64,000 nucleotides of DNA from Trichoplax sp. H2 (Eukaryota): contig NOWV01000186.1 in assembly GCA_003344405.1 (NCBI GenBank), forward strand, positions 62,001 through 126,000, written 5' to 3'. Below, one piece after another: positions 10,575 through 24,171 of the stretch. The number at the start of each line of letters is the position of its first letter. Position 1 is the stretch's first letter. A program made the translations under genes and the position numbers. The notes below the pieces were generated by a model. The model was not told where the DNA came from. It was given only the letters and a program-made list of their open reading frames with translations, and made no database searches.

Positions 10575-13500
10575 ACTATTACAGCCTAATAACGATTTAT
10601 TTCTCTAGCGGGGAAAAAGAAACAAATAGTTTAAGGTCTACCTCAAAATAGACATTTAAATTGAGAATGTTAATTTTGATATTCAGCTAAATTAGCATGG
10701 AAAGTATACGATCGAGGTCTCACTTTAACATCGATACCCATACGTATACTTTATATTGTATAACATATACACTGTATAGTATATGTAGACTGTATTGTAT
10801 TATACTATACATCGTATACTCATACTGTGCCTTAATGTGCAGTGGATATCCTTTACAGAGACTTGTACACCATACGGATCTCTGTAATAATAATCTCTAT
10901 AATGGAGGATCTTGAATTCATTAATTTGGTACAATAGTAATGCAAATTGTTGTAAAAATAGCATGAAAAATGAACGATCACTCGTTGACCTCCTATTCCC
11001 AATAGCAAGCTGAATAACTATAAATACAGTAGCTGAGACAAGTAGGTTGATAATTCTTTTTGCACGCCATAGTGTAGTAGAGTACAGGCTCACGAAAGTA
11101 TAACACGATTACATAAAATTCCTACTGCAAATGCATTGAGCGATATTTACTTGGTAACTCTAACATAATCGGAAATACATGAGCTTATTTACGATCTAAA
11201 TCATATCATACTGTAGCATATAGGCTTATTTTACTCGACTCTACTGTATGTATTGCAGTCTGTAAACCATTATCTCTGTCATACTGCACTCTAGCTAATC
11301 AATGTTTACACATATACATATACAGTATATATATATATTTACTATATATATTTGATATCACGACCCCTGTGTTATTTTATTATGTCCCCATATAGGAGTG
11401 ATCGATTCCATTTAGGCATTGCTCAGTGTGGCGGAGGTAATGTTACCGAGAAACAATTCTATTCTTATAGAATAATGTAACGCAGAGATATAGTAATATA
11501 CATTAGACATAAATACTCAAATTTACCTTAATATTATATATGCCTGTGTAAGTGGATATGGAAACCTTACGACTAAAAAAGTAACAGTTTCAGATCTAGT
11601 TAATTTTAAAACAAGGAAAAATTATCAGATAGAAGATGTAAAGTAGACAGGTTATAAATAAGTTTATGAATGTCTCATGAAAAGCTCCAAAAGTTACATT
11701 AGCATTATACGTATATACGCATCGGTTGTCAAGTCATTACCGTGATAAGCGCAGCTATAACAGAAGAAAACCCTGTATTTTTTTCGATCATTTATGAACG
11801 AATAGATCAATAATGCGCAAAGGGAATAGTTGATAGCTGTAAGGGTGGTCATAGTTACTGCTAATCTACAAGAATTGTTACACTACGCTAAGTTTAATTC
11901 ATTAATTAATCGTTGATATCATCCTACTTTAATAGTAACTAGTTATAGGTGACAACAGATATTGTTAACCATTTACCAATGTTGATCAATAAATTGCATT
12001 ATATTAATTAAATATAGCCATCAAAAAGGAGGAAATGATATATCGAAACAGAGTATAGTTAATACATATAATAATTTATTTGAAATAAAATTAACAATGT
12101 GCTAGAACTTTCAGGGTAGATAACAATTATCAAATCGTATTCAATGCTTTTTTTTATTATATGGAACAGATAATGCAAAATGCCCTGATTTAAAAGTAAA
12201 ACATCATGACATAGATACTAGTCTATTACATTAACGGAAAGATTAATTTACAAGTATTGGTATTCCCAAAAGTGCATTGAGATACAAACTGGTTACTTGC
12301 ATAATCATGGCTGACCTCGATACAGTATCCTCTATAAAAATATTTGATCATTTAAGAATTTCTTATTAAAATCAATAGATCAGTGGGTGATTCGATGAAA
12401 GATGGGTACTGGACTACGAAATATACTACAGTATCGTATCATGTTATAAAACACAATAAATTCCGTTGGCTAAGCTAAATAACGAAGCCTAAATATTGTA
12501 GATAATATCAATAAACAGTTGAAATTTTAATCTATTATTACCACTATTATCTTGTTGAATATTTTATTCTTAGATCGCCAGATCTTAACTACCAATTATT
12601 ATTAATTTACGATATTAATTAGATAAAAATTAATGATAAAGGAGTCATATGTTGATAATATTTGACTAATTGTCGTACTCCAATGCATCGGCTAGGTAGT
12701 CATTCAATTAAGTAACTATAATATTAGCAATCTATCCTATAGAATATCAAAAATTTGGCTAGACATCTTGTAAAAGATGTACCATTCTTCGATTCCATTC
12801 TCTTATGCAAAAGTTGGACCGAACAGAATTATTACCAATATTGATGAATGAGCATATTCTAATACTTTTAATAACGAGATAAAAGATCAAATACCAACTT
12901 TTAACCTCCTTAACGATTACCGTGCAATGTAATTGAATGAAATCTAGCGAATGTAACTGCAGTAGCGAGCCAGTTTATGAGAGAAAACTTAGCAATATGA
13001 GTATACGCCTACCACAGCTTTTATTTATCATATTACAAGCATATTGTAGTCATTTGTAAGTGTACTTAAATTAACCTTCGTGCTACACTTTATCACTATT
13101 CACTACGAAACCTCCTAGCGTATCATAATTTCAACTATTAATTTCCAATATCTAAAAAATTCGCTATCAGCACTAACATTGATTAGCTTATTATTGATTG
13201 AATTGCTTTTAAAATGGAAAGATAACAGTCTAATATGATCCTGTTACGATCTTCTTTTTTGTAAGATTTTCTTATAACAAGATTAAAAGAGTCCACTAGA
13301 GCTTGAGTACTGAACTGAACTTTATTATAGATATAAGTACAGTTATAAGTGGGAAACAGTAGTAATAACGTTCTATAACGGCATACCATGAATAATAACG
13401 GGCACTTTATCACATCAATCAATAAGATAATAAGTTTATGATGAGCAACATAAGACAAAAACGTATTGTGCTAAAAGCTTTATTTAAGCCCTAATTTCAA

Positions 13501-14292
13501 TGATTACAGTTCCAAAATGAAAAACATGCGTCTGTATTTTAGTCATCAGACAAACATGCAGATTTTACGAATTATAACTACGAGTCCAACATAGTAAATC
13601 AATTGCGAAATTTCTACTTCGTAACAGATCCATCATCCCACTACTCTAGGCCAATTAAATTTATTACGGTAAGTTTAAACTATAACATACTATTGGCCAT
13701 AATACCATCGAAATAGCTTACTCGATCAGCAAGTGATAACGCGATATTATTAATCGTTAAAACATTTCTATCATCGTACAGATTACTATTATACACACAT
13801 ATACAGATATTAAGAACTGAATTTATTTATATCCACAACATTCCAACGGAAATTACTGTTATAGGTGAAATCATCCTAAAAATCTAATTTCTTTATGTCC
13901 ATGACGATTATCTAATTTATAAGGCGTAAATATTATACTGTACGCAACTAACTTTTATCTTGTGAGTTCATGCTTAACAACATAAACTAGTACTCAATCC
14001 TATTAATAGTTCAAAATTTAACGTTCGTTACTCTAGAGTTGAAAAATATGTAATTTTGACCTTAATTAATAATAAAACGCAGCTATCTTAAGGTAACAAG
14101 GCGGCCTTGGAGAACTAGAGATCAATGATGGTTGGAGTGTAACTTGAAGGGTTTATGCACACGATACCGTCACTATTCCAAGCTAATAGTGATGGTTATT
14201 AACGATAAATTACTAAATAGATGGCTAAAAATAAGTTAATATAGCTTTTAGCAATGCTTTATGAATAACCACTACCCGTCAAGAAATAATAA

Positions 14293-15177
14293 TTAATTAG
14301 GTTTGGTGAATAGACCTTGGGTAAAAGCATTAACGACTTCAACGGAAGATCTCCCTGTAACATCCACTAGTTTTCTGCTGCACAAATCGCTCATTCCCTC
14401 GCCAGTAATATAGCGTAGGGCAGGCTTTTCCTCGGTCATAGCTTTAACAATTTCATCAACAACTTCATCGACAGGTTGAAGTGTATCGCCAAAACTCTGC
14501 CAAACTTTCCCTAAGTCTTCATGTAACTTCCGTGTTAAATCATCTAATTTAGCTTCTTTAACTCCATATTTTTCTGGAAGTAATTTTTCAGCTTTCATTG
14601 GCATGTCAGTAGCTACAAGACCGGGCGCTATTAACGATACGTGTACGTTATAAGGTTGTAATTCAACAGCCAGCGATAGAGCCATTCCTTCTAAAGCAAA
14701 TTTAGACGCACAGTACATAGTATCATAGGGAATAGCGACAACTCCATCAATACTGCTAATATTGATTATCCTTCCAGATCGCTGTCTTTTCATATGTGGC
14801 AAGACAGATCGAGTTAAGACAAAGGATCCCATAAAATTCACGTTCATGATATTTCTCCAAACGTCCATACTTATTGCTTCTATTGGTGCACAGACACAAA
14901 TACCGGCATTATTGACTAAGATATCAATCCTACCTTCTGAATTGACTATTTCTTCGACCGTAGTATGGATGTCGTCGTCTATCGTTACATCCATTCGTTT
15001 AATGAAGATCGTCTTTTGTAACGCTTGGCCTACTTCTTGAACTAATTGATCTTTCTTACTTAAATCTCGCATGGTAGCGTAAACCTTATACTTTTGATCT
15101 TGATCAAGAGCTAATCTTACAGCTAGGGCTAAGCCTATGCCGGAATTGCAACCTGTAATCAGTACTATCTGAGTCAT
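14293..15177 (-). CDS. Classical short-chain dehydrogenase/reductase, RDH8/17-beta-HSD1-like (copy 2)
   Basis: Motifs VLITGCNSGIGLALAVRLA, KVYATMRDL, NNAG and YCASKFALEG. Collinear paralog of 9687..10574. Single-exon CDS. Confidence 0.92.
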   Translation of the reverse strand: MTQIVLITGCNSGIGLALAVRLALDQDQKYKVYATMRDLSKKDQLVQEVGQALQKTIFIKRMDVTIDDDIHTTVEEIVNSEGRIDILVNNAGICVCAPIEAISMDVWRNIMNVNFMGSFVLTRSVLPHMKRQRSGRIINISSIDGVVAIPYDTMYCASKFALEGMALSLAVELQPYNVHVSLIAPGLVATDMPMKAEKLLPEKYGVKEAKLDDLTRKLHEDLGKVWQSFGDTLQPVDEVVDEIVKAMTEEKPALRYITGEGMSDLCSRKLVDVTGRSSVEVVNAFTQGLFTKPN

Positions 15178-16464
15178 TTTATGCGTCGTTGTTGTTTCAA
15201 CTAGCTAAGCTGAATGTTGACCTGCTGTCGAAAGGCTAACCAATTGGTGTACAAATGATCCTTTTATTTGTAAGATAATTAGAACGAATGTGTAACACCT
15301 TTTATATATTTCTTACTCTTATACTGTATAACAGTATATCTAAGCTATTTTCTATAAACATATTGACATTATACGAGGCTAGTGCGAATAGTGCCAAAAT
15401 CAATAAAATCATGCGCAGTATTTCTAGTATCTTGATTTAAGTCAATAACAACTAAAAATAGAAATGGATCCGCTATTCTTCTGCTCCCTTGATCAGACAC
15501 TTTTATATTATTTGATATGTAAATTAATTAATTAACCCATGATGACTAGAGAAATATTATGTTAATATGCTACGAATAACGGCGTGATTACCCATAATCA
15601 TGTGGTCAGGTTATCTAATAGTGAAAATTCTCGCTTTATTAGCATGCAAGCATAGCAAATAGTGATGAATTTTGAACACGAATAGCATCAAGTAATGATG
15701 TGAGACTGAACTAATATCAGTTATAATATAGCTAATCATGCTAATATCCAGGATAACATCAATAGATCAGGAGAGTATCTTTAGTCATGGTCACTTTCTT
15801 TTTGAGCTCTACAGTATCTTTACCGTGCAGAAGAGAAGGTCATTTTCTACTTTACAAGATATACTTGTATAGTAGATTATACAGTAAAATGTAGGGCATT
15901 TTCCATCCCTCTTCTACTGTACTAGACAGCAGCTTTCCATCTTGCAAACAAGTTGAAACAACGCTATTTCAATAACGACCCGTTGTTTTCTTATTCGATA
16001 TTTTGATGACAACGTAACATATTTACTTTAGTTGAGTGCAACAGATACATAATCATAGACTACTGCAAGAAGAGCTGGACTGATCAGTGATCACTCTTGG
16101 ATGGACAGATCTTTTCCAGCCTCATGTCGTCAAAATACGATGGCGAACACTTTGGGTGAAAGTCACCGTTGAAATTTCGTGTACAGCCACTTCGTTATGG
16201 CAGTAGTTTAGGTTGCAGACGGTCAATTTTAAATTGACTGATGTTTTCTAAATGAAGTAATATTACATTGAATCGTATTATCTGTTACTCAGTTCTGCTT
16301 GGAAACAGTCATATAAGATCGTCGACGTTCTTTAATTTAGTACCAGCGATTTCGAAAACAGACACAGAAGATTCATACCAAGTAGCCATTTTTCACTACT
16401 GTCTTGATGGCCTTCCTTTGCTGAGGTCAGAAAAGTCCGTCTGTCTGCAACACAGTACAATATC

Positions 16465-16577
16465 TACAGTACTGTCCAGTGTACACTGTGCATTGTACAC
16501 TGTACGGTAGGCTGGAAGCCCATGAGGACAAGGTCCGATCGCTGTCCGTCCACAGGCTCACGCAAAACTCACGTGAT
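16465..16577 (+). promoter_or_regulatory. Putative promoter module of cathepsin copy 1: ACAGTACTGT palindrome (16466-16475) and E-box ACTCACGTGAT (16567-16577)
   Basis: Both motifs are read directly in a GC-richer island 200-300 bp upstream of the likely ATG. The same two motifs occur upstream of patatin copy 1. Confidence 0.45.
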
Positions 16578-16770
16578 ATTTTCATAGCCCGCGATATCAA
16601 ATGGTAGTGGACCATACAGTACAACATTGTCTATACTCTACCCTGCAATACTGTAGCTGTATCGTGGCGTCTACAGCTGGTGCAAGGGACGGATGGAAGC
16701 CTTGACTATAAAACCGAACAAGGGCAAAAATCTTTCATCATACTGTACGTCGTCAACAAATTGGCCAAGA

Positions 16771-18508
16771 ATGATGAAAGCGAGTTTGCTAATTTTGCTC
16801 TTCGTCAGCGTTGAACTTCTTGCCGCTTTGCCGGCCAGTAATGGTGGCCCCAAATGGGCATCAAGCTATTCCGTGCAAGGGACACTCTACTTGCCTTACG
16901 CTAAAATAGTCGAACCATTTAAAGCTTATTTTTCAGCGAATAAGAGCAGAATCGAATATTATAATGGCATGGATATCGTTCTCCAACGGAGCGATATGAT
17001 GGCTCATGGTGCCAAATACGAATTAGTACCTGAAACTACCGAGAAATTCACCAATGTCCGCCAATGCTTTAGCATTAAAGGTAGCAAAGCTGCTCCAGTA
17101 ACACCACAAGCCATCTTACCAGATTTAAGCAAATTTAGCAAGACTGGCACCAAAACCTACAACAAAATCAAATGCGATGTCTGGACCTACAAAAATAAGC
17201 AAATGGGCCGTGTTAACACCTATACTATGTATGTAACCCAAGGTTCCAAGCAATCGCCAGTCCATTATATCATGGAAGGCTACGATTCCTTGCTAGGATC
17301 TCATTATGATGAGTACAAATTAGATTATAAGAATTATAAAGCTGGAAAAATAGCCGACAACATGTTTGATCCACCTAAAAAAATGAAATGCCATGGTTTC
17401 CCTGGACCTGGCTTGGAAGCCGATATGATTTCTTCACCCATGCAACAATTTATTGATCATGAAGCTGAAGATACTGTACCTCGCATCTTTCATCATTTTG
17501 CTAGTAAACATCAAAAAAATTATAAAGATGAAAGAGAAAGAAGATTCCGAGAAAATACCTTTAGGCAAAATCTACGCTTTATTCATTCTACCAATCGTCA
17601 ACGACTTGGTTTTACTGTCAAAGTCAATCATTTAGCTGATTTAACCGATAACGAGATTAAAGTCATGAACGGCAGGAAAACGAGCTTGAAGAAAAGTAAA
17701 ACTTACCAAATGCCATTTAATCTAACTGGATTAGAGAGGTATGTTGCTCCAACCATCGACTGGAGGAAATTGGGTGCTGTCACACCGGTCAAGGATCAAG
17801 GTGTTTGTGGCTCGTGCTGGTCTTTTGGTACTACTGGCACCATCGAAGGTTCTCTCTACTTGAAATCCGGTAAATTAGTCAGCTTATCCCAACAAAATAT
17901 GATTGATTGCACATGGGGCTTTGGCAACAACGGATGTGATGGTGGTGAAGAATTTAGGGCTTTCGAATGGATCGCCAAACATGGTGGTATCGCCACTGAA
18001 AAAAGCTATGGCCAATACCTTGCTCAAGATGGCAAATGTAAATTGAACAAGACTAAAATTGGTGCTAAAATCCGTGGTTGGGTACAAGTACCACATGGTA
18101 ATCAATCCGCTTTAAAATTAGCTGTATCTGCTGTCGGACCTGTTGCTGTAGGCATGGATGCTGCTTTAAAGTCTTTCTCTTTCTACTCATCTGGTATTTA
18201 CTACGATAAACAATGTGGTAATAAGGAACAAGATTTAGATCATGCTGTTTTAGCTGTTGGCTACGGTAATGAAAATGGCCAAGATTATTGGATTATCAAA
18301 AATTCTTGGTCTACTCATTGGTAAGTCATTATTAACGCAACAGAGATCATTAACAGTTGAAATAGAAACTCTAATTGTATATCAATTGCCTATGATTAAA
18401 ACATAATTATCTTTGTTTAATAGGGGAGACGACGGATACGTTAAACTATCCATGAAAAATAACAATTGTGGTATCGCGACCGATGCTTCTTTCGTCAACA
18501 TCATGTAG
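16771..18508 (+). CDS. 26/29-kDa proteinase / CfaD-like cathepsin L-family cysteine protease (copy 1); exons 16771-18320 and 18424-18508
   Basis: Signal peptide MMKASLLILLFVSVELLAA, a ~220-aa N-terminal domain ending CHGFPGPG, an I29-like prodomain (E..R...F..N...I...N; VNHLADLT) and the catalytic motifs QGVCGSCWSF, DHAVLAVGYG and KNSW. The ORF runs into a GTAAGT donor at 18321. The acceptor AG at 18422-18423 restores WGDDGYVKLSMKNNNCGIATDASFVNIM*. Confidence 0.92.
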
Positions 18509-20919
18509 TTGGACAAGCTTTCACTAGCTTTAGACTGTAATTGGCAGTATTTTGTAAATGATCTCTTTGAAAGTTTTAATTCTATCTGATAACCATAGAT
18601 AGCCTATGCATCGTGTATAATTGTTCGTCATGGTATTTATGCACTTCTTGGCTGATATATTTTTTTTAACTCGTTTATTCACTTGATGATATAGAAAGAT
18701 CTCAAGTCGTTGTCCATGTGATGATACCCTATTACTGATTAATCTATTATGTGATTGCTCTTTTTAATTAGTTAATCTCATAATTGATCATTCTATTCTC
18801 GCAAACTATTGCGATAAAGTATCACTCAACAGATACAAATATTGTACTTAAAAGAATTAGATGTCTATGTGCAAAGTCCGATTCTAGTTAAACTATTCTA
18901 GAAATAAAATGAGAGTAGATTCATAAATAGACATTTTTACGTCTGGTTCTTGATGACGCTATTTATTGAGTATTGGCTCAATGGTAAAAGTTATTAATAT
19001 ATTACGGTAGAGGAGACTATTTGTGATAGTTGGTGAAATAAGGTATAAATGATAGAAGATTCGTCAAGATAAATCTCAGCGCACGTCTAGTCTGGATGAC
19101 TACCTTGAATATTGAGTTAGTGGCTATGATTGTTCATCTACAGTACTACGATACAGGAGGTTACGCATAGTTTTTGGGAAATACTATATAAATGATAGTG
19201 GTTTCGAGAAGATAAATCCCAGAGATATATAAGCATATGCAATACAAACGTATCTATATATATATAGCATATACAGTACATATGGATATGTTGTTATGTG
19301 TTGCTATATTATGTAACAAGTCCTGAGCATGGGGCCAGTGTAAGGAGACTACAATAATTCGTCTTGTAATGAATTATTATAGAAATAATAATGGATACAT
19401 AAATATGAATCTTTATGTCTAGTCTTTATTAAAATCGAGGAGACTAATATCGGCCTTTGCAAAACATTGCATACTACTAAACATCACATATGCGTAGACA
19501 AACACGGAGTACAGTAGATTTCTTTGATGTGACAGATTCTAGTAAAATCTACTATGCAGTCAATAAGCAATGACGAGAATGATCAATATTGTTAATTTCA
19601 TGCGATTCCATCTAAATGGATTAATTACCGGTTCATAAAAAGTAAAACTGAAAGCAAAGATCTCATCAATGTTAATAAATATACTCACAATTGAACTAAG
19701 CCTAAAGAGGCGAAGCATAAGGAAAATTTGCAAGGTGATTTTATACGGTATATTTCTATTGGTACATTCGAGGAGCATGAATAAGCACTCATCGTACAAA
19801 GCAATCTGAACACCATTCTTAGCAAATAAAGATTCACGGATAGCAATGTAACAAATTCTCCATTTTTAAAGCTAAATTCTTGCAATCCTCTATTGTACTC
19901 ACTATTACTAATTTACTATTAGTGAATAACAAGAAAAAATTGAGATAAATGAACCCCTTCGCATCAATATTTGGGTGTTTCCACCTACGGCAATACACAG
20001 AAATTCTGGCTAAAAAAATAGTAATAATTTGGCACTTTCCTGTCTTCTATCAGCAGCTAACGTAATAAATTTACCTTCATATATCATTTATTTTCCACTT
20101 ACTATTATAATTATCGATTGACTCCTAGTTGAGTAATCAACTAGATAAATTGGTTACCCTATACTAGAAATAGGTTTAACGGCTAGACGATAGAAACAAT
20201 TTCCTGGTTGATGAGCGACATTTTTTACTGCTAATCATACTGTAAATAGCTAACATCGTAAGGAAAAATTCTTCCATGACAATATTATAGGACACTTTTG
20301 TATTAGTTTAACTCCAGATCTTCGATGGGACCGTTAAGTGGATTAGCATTACAGAGAATAGGTGTTATTGCAAGTCCTTAAAATATATTAATCAAGAAGA
20401 AACAATGGATATTATTTCATCATGTGATACACTCCACTATAAGCGTCCATTAAACTTATGCTCATTCCTGGGGAAAATTCGAGCATTATTGGACATACAG
20501 TAGAATACAACCGAAAATTTTCTAATCCTGTTATGTTTTATTGCGAATCTCTAATAGTCATACTCCAATGGTAATTATTAATATAGCAATTGTTCATTTT
20601 TAGCAACTCCTTCTATTCCTTAATCTTTTGTTCATAATAGTTTCTTGGTCTTTCCATTTGCAATCTTCTTCTAACATGTGGAGTAACGTAAATGGGACAC
20701 TAGATCGCAAGGCCCAAGAATTCCATCGACACCAAATTAAAAGTACCCTCAAATAATCAGTTCCTTTTCTACCTATTTGGACTGACGATCAAATAGTCGT
20801 TGTCGTCTATTAATCTTGTTTGATTATTCCAGCTTGCGTCTATACCTTGTAATTTAAGATCCAGAAAAAAACTCCCATTTTAGACTAATCAAACTAGTAA
20901 TTAATCACGGTAAGCAGCC

Positions 20920-22659
20920 ATGAAATCAACTTGTCATTTTATAGCTACGTTTCATGGAATCATTTGGGTTTTCTCTTTTCTGTTAATGCAACCAATTACT
21001 TGTAAAACAATGACAGTTTTACCTCAGAATCCTCTAGAATATCGGGTTAAAGGTAAAATTCGATTACCTTACGCAAATGTAGTCGAACCTTTTGAAGCAT
21101 GGTATTCTGCTACCTTGGGCAAGAGTCTAATTAGCTATTTTTCTGGGATGGATACTATTTTCAATTTTTATCAACCTCAAAGTCATGGAGTAATTTGGGA
21201 AATCTGTCCTATACCTCGATCTGATGGCATTATCAAACAAACTTGTCTTGGACGTCGAGGAACGCGATTAAAACCGATTCGAGCTCAGCCATTTATTCCT
21301 AATTTTCAACAATTTCATCTAGAGAAACAAAACATATATTATCGTCATACCTTTTGCGATAAATGGACATGGAATAAAACGATATTGCATAAAATTAATC
21401 GCTACACCTTCTATACTAAACATGCAACTTCTATTCCGATTCAATTGATCATGTTCGGCTATAATAACTTATTTCATAATCATTACGATCATTATATCAT
21501 CGATTATGAAGAATACGAAGGTTATCAACCGCATCAACTTCGTGATGAAAAGATATTTCAATTGCCCAATAATATACCATGTCGACTACTATCTAGTAAA
21601 AGACTTTATGATCATCATTACCAACAGCAAAGACTAATTAATTCCATGCAATCGCTTATCCCAGCTGAACAAACCATTGATGATCCAGTTGATTCTTTAT
21701 TTCATCAATTTACCCATCAGTATAATAAAACCTATCGATATAGAGATCATCATCAACACGCCAAAAGACAAAATTATTTTCGCCAACATTTACGTTTTAT
21801 TCAATCAACAAATAGGAAAGGGTTAAAGTATCAACTAAAATTAAATCACTTTGCTGATAGATCGGATAAAGAACTTTGGAATTTTACACAACGTCATTTT
21901 AAATTAAATTACGGCAAATTAGAACATGATGTTAAGAATTTTATTACTCGATATAAACTGCCTTTCGCATTGGATTTAAATCAAAGTATAGCAGATCATT
22001 TGGATTGGAGAGATAGAGGCGCTATATCGAAGATAAGAGACCAAGGCATGTGTAGTTCTTGTTGGGCGCTATCAACTACTCAAGCAATCGAAAGTGCTTT
22101 ATATATCCAAACTGGTGAGAAAGTAGAACTATCATCTCAAAGTTTAGTAGATTGTAGTTGGCCATTTGGTAATCAAGGCTGTTCTGGTGGATTTATTAGT
22201 CATACTTTAGCCTGGATTATTAAGCAAAGAGGTATTCCAACCAAATCCAGTTATGGACAATACCTAGGTCGAAATGGTTACTGTCATCATCATGATCTAA
22301 CTACAGGAGCTAAATTGAAAGGTTATTCTCAAATTCCTCAAGGGAATATGAAAGCATTAAAAGTGGCCTTAGCTAAAGTTGGACCTGTTACTGTAAGTAT
22401 CAATACAAGCCCGAAAAGTTTCTTATTCTACTCATCTGGAGTATTTTATAACGATCAATGCCTTGGAGATTATGCACACCTTGATCATAATGTTCTAGCA
22501 ATTGGTTATGGCCGACAACATGATCAAGATTACATTTTAATTAAGAATTCATGGTCTGCCTATTGGGGGGATCATGGTTATATTAAAATATCAACAAGAA
22601 ATAATAACTGTGGGCTAGCAACAAATGCTTATTATCCAATATTGGCATTAAACAACTGA
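20920..22659 (+). CDS. 26/29-kDa proteinase-like cathepsin (copy 2), intronless
   Basis: Same architecture as copy 1 (LPYANVVEPFEAWYS, CDKWTW, KLNHFADRS). Catalytic triad motifs QGMCSSCWAL, DHNVLAIGYG and KNSWSAYWG. Complete C-terminus NNCGLATNAYYP. Confidence 0.9.
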   Translation: MKSTCHFIATFHGIIWVFSFLLMQPITCKTMTVLPQNPLEYRVKGKIRLPYANVVEPFEAWYSATLGKSLISYFSGMDTIFNFYQPQSHGVIWEICPIPRSDGIIKQTCLGRRGTRLKPIRAQPFIPNFQQFHLEKQNIYYRHTFCDKWTWNKTILHKINRYTFYTKHATSIPIQLIMFGYNNLFHNHYDHYIIDYEEYEGYQPHQLRDEKIFQLPNNIPCRLLSSKRLYDHHYQQQRLINSMQSLIPAEQTIDDPVDSLFHQFTHQYNKTYRYRDHHQHAKRQNYFRQHLRFIQSTNRKGLKYQLKLNHFADRSDKELWNFTQRHFKLNYGKLEHDVKNFITRYKLPFALDLNQSIADHLDWRDRGAISKIRDQGMCSSCWALSTTQAIESALYIQTGEKVELSSQSLVDCSWPFGNQGCSGGFISHTLAWIIKQRGIPTKSSYGQYLGRNGYCHHHDLTTGAKLKGYSQIPQGNMKALKVALAKVGPVTVSINTSPKSFLFYSSGVFYNDQCLGDYAHLDHNVLAIGYGRQHDQDYILIKNSWSAYWGDHGYIKISTRNNNCGLATNAYYPILALNN

Positions 22660-24171
22660 GATAATAAATTCGAGGAGGAATCATTTTAAATGAAGACAGA
22701 ACAATATCTGTCAATACGATCAATCGACTAGCAATAATATTTTACCTAATTTATAATAAATTAAGATCGTAAATTAATTGTATATTTATGGAATAGACTA
22801 AAAGAATCATGACTGCTATCTATTAAATCATCGCTACTTGTATAATGCATTATCTATTAGATCCAAAATAAAATTCTCCTAATGTCGGAAAATGTGTAAC
22901 TGAAAATATATTTGTATTCTTTATTAAGTTAAAACTGATATAACTCATGAAATTGACTATATGCTGTGATTCTATTCCATTGATATTCCTCACATGCACA
23001 TTTTTAAAAAGTACTCACTAAATTTAGGGATTGAATGCTATCACTATTATTATAAAGAAATACCTTATGTACTGAAACATAAACTTTATAAGTGCGGTAT
23101 AGCACTTGAAACCTTTTGCTTATGTTGCCTAATTTTGAAGTAATGAGAATTAAGCAAATAACGATATGTGTATGATTGCTATACCAACGCAATTGCAATT
23201 GCTATTGCTAGTTATGCTATAATAAAACAATAATCAAACTGTATTAGAAGAATACTATGACATAGGCCGGTAATAATTTCTCAAAAAAACTGTCATCTCT
23301 ACGCAGCTAAGAACTGGAAATGTAGTCCAATGTCTACATATACTTTCCTTCATATCTTAGTAGAAATTACAATAAAATAACATTCCCTATGCACCCTTTA
23401 AAAGAGGCTCAATTTTAAAATGATGAGAATAGGATTTGTTAAATCGCGATTTCGCTCGGATTTCATAGTTTTAAATATGGTTAAATTACGTCTTCTTACA
23501 GCAGTATTCCAACTTTCTATATAATAATTTTCAGTAAGTAATCCTAATTCTCGGTGATTTATCTATGAATTTATTTCATTTCAATAAATCAATAATGCAT
23601 AATTAAAATCAAACTGAATCGAACAGAATTATCCATGATGAAAACTAACCGATTAAATCAGGAATGCTACCATAGTGTAAATTCAATTGATTGGAATTAT
23701 TGATTATAGTCTTACTCTATCAGAGTTGAGATGTTACTGGCTTCAACGAGTTAATCAAGCATCTCAGCAGGGGAACCTCCAAAATATTAAAAGACAAGGA
23801 AGACTTATACAGTAGACATTAGACAATCAACAGGTTCTGAGTTTATTAGCATAATAAAGGCCAATCTAAATACAGTTCGTCTTTAATGTAACCATAATTT
23901 TGTTCAACTTAATACAGTACTAATATCAGGATTATTTGCCCTTAGGCTATTCATTTATCATTTATATTTGTCTATATAGTAAAAGCCAATTTCATTCACG
24001 ATCAGTTTATAAGTCAATCTAAGTAAGATAAAGGCCCAATCATCATTGTATGAGAAAGTATTTTCTCATCGAAAGATCAAAAAAATCAACACCGTCCACT
24101 TTTCTATATTTGATAAAAATTAGATAAATCGTTTTGACCACCGCTATTCCAGATCTAAGTTTTATAATATT

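Noticed and set aside
9628..15040. Plus-strand ORFs 9628..9879, 9931..10113 and 14762..15040
   Set aside because: They are antisense shadows of the SDR coding regions with no independent protein features.
16693..16770. 26-aa N-terminal extension from the upstream in-frame ATG of cathepsin copy 1
   Set aside because: The signal peptide begins at ATG 16771, and copy 3 starts directly with its hydrophobic leader. The extension is probably UTR or upstream of the TSS.
18968..19050. tRNA-like A-box (TGGCTCAATGGTA)
   Set aside because: No T-arm GTTCRA and no acceptor-stem pairing downstream.
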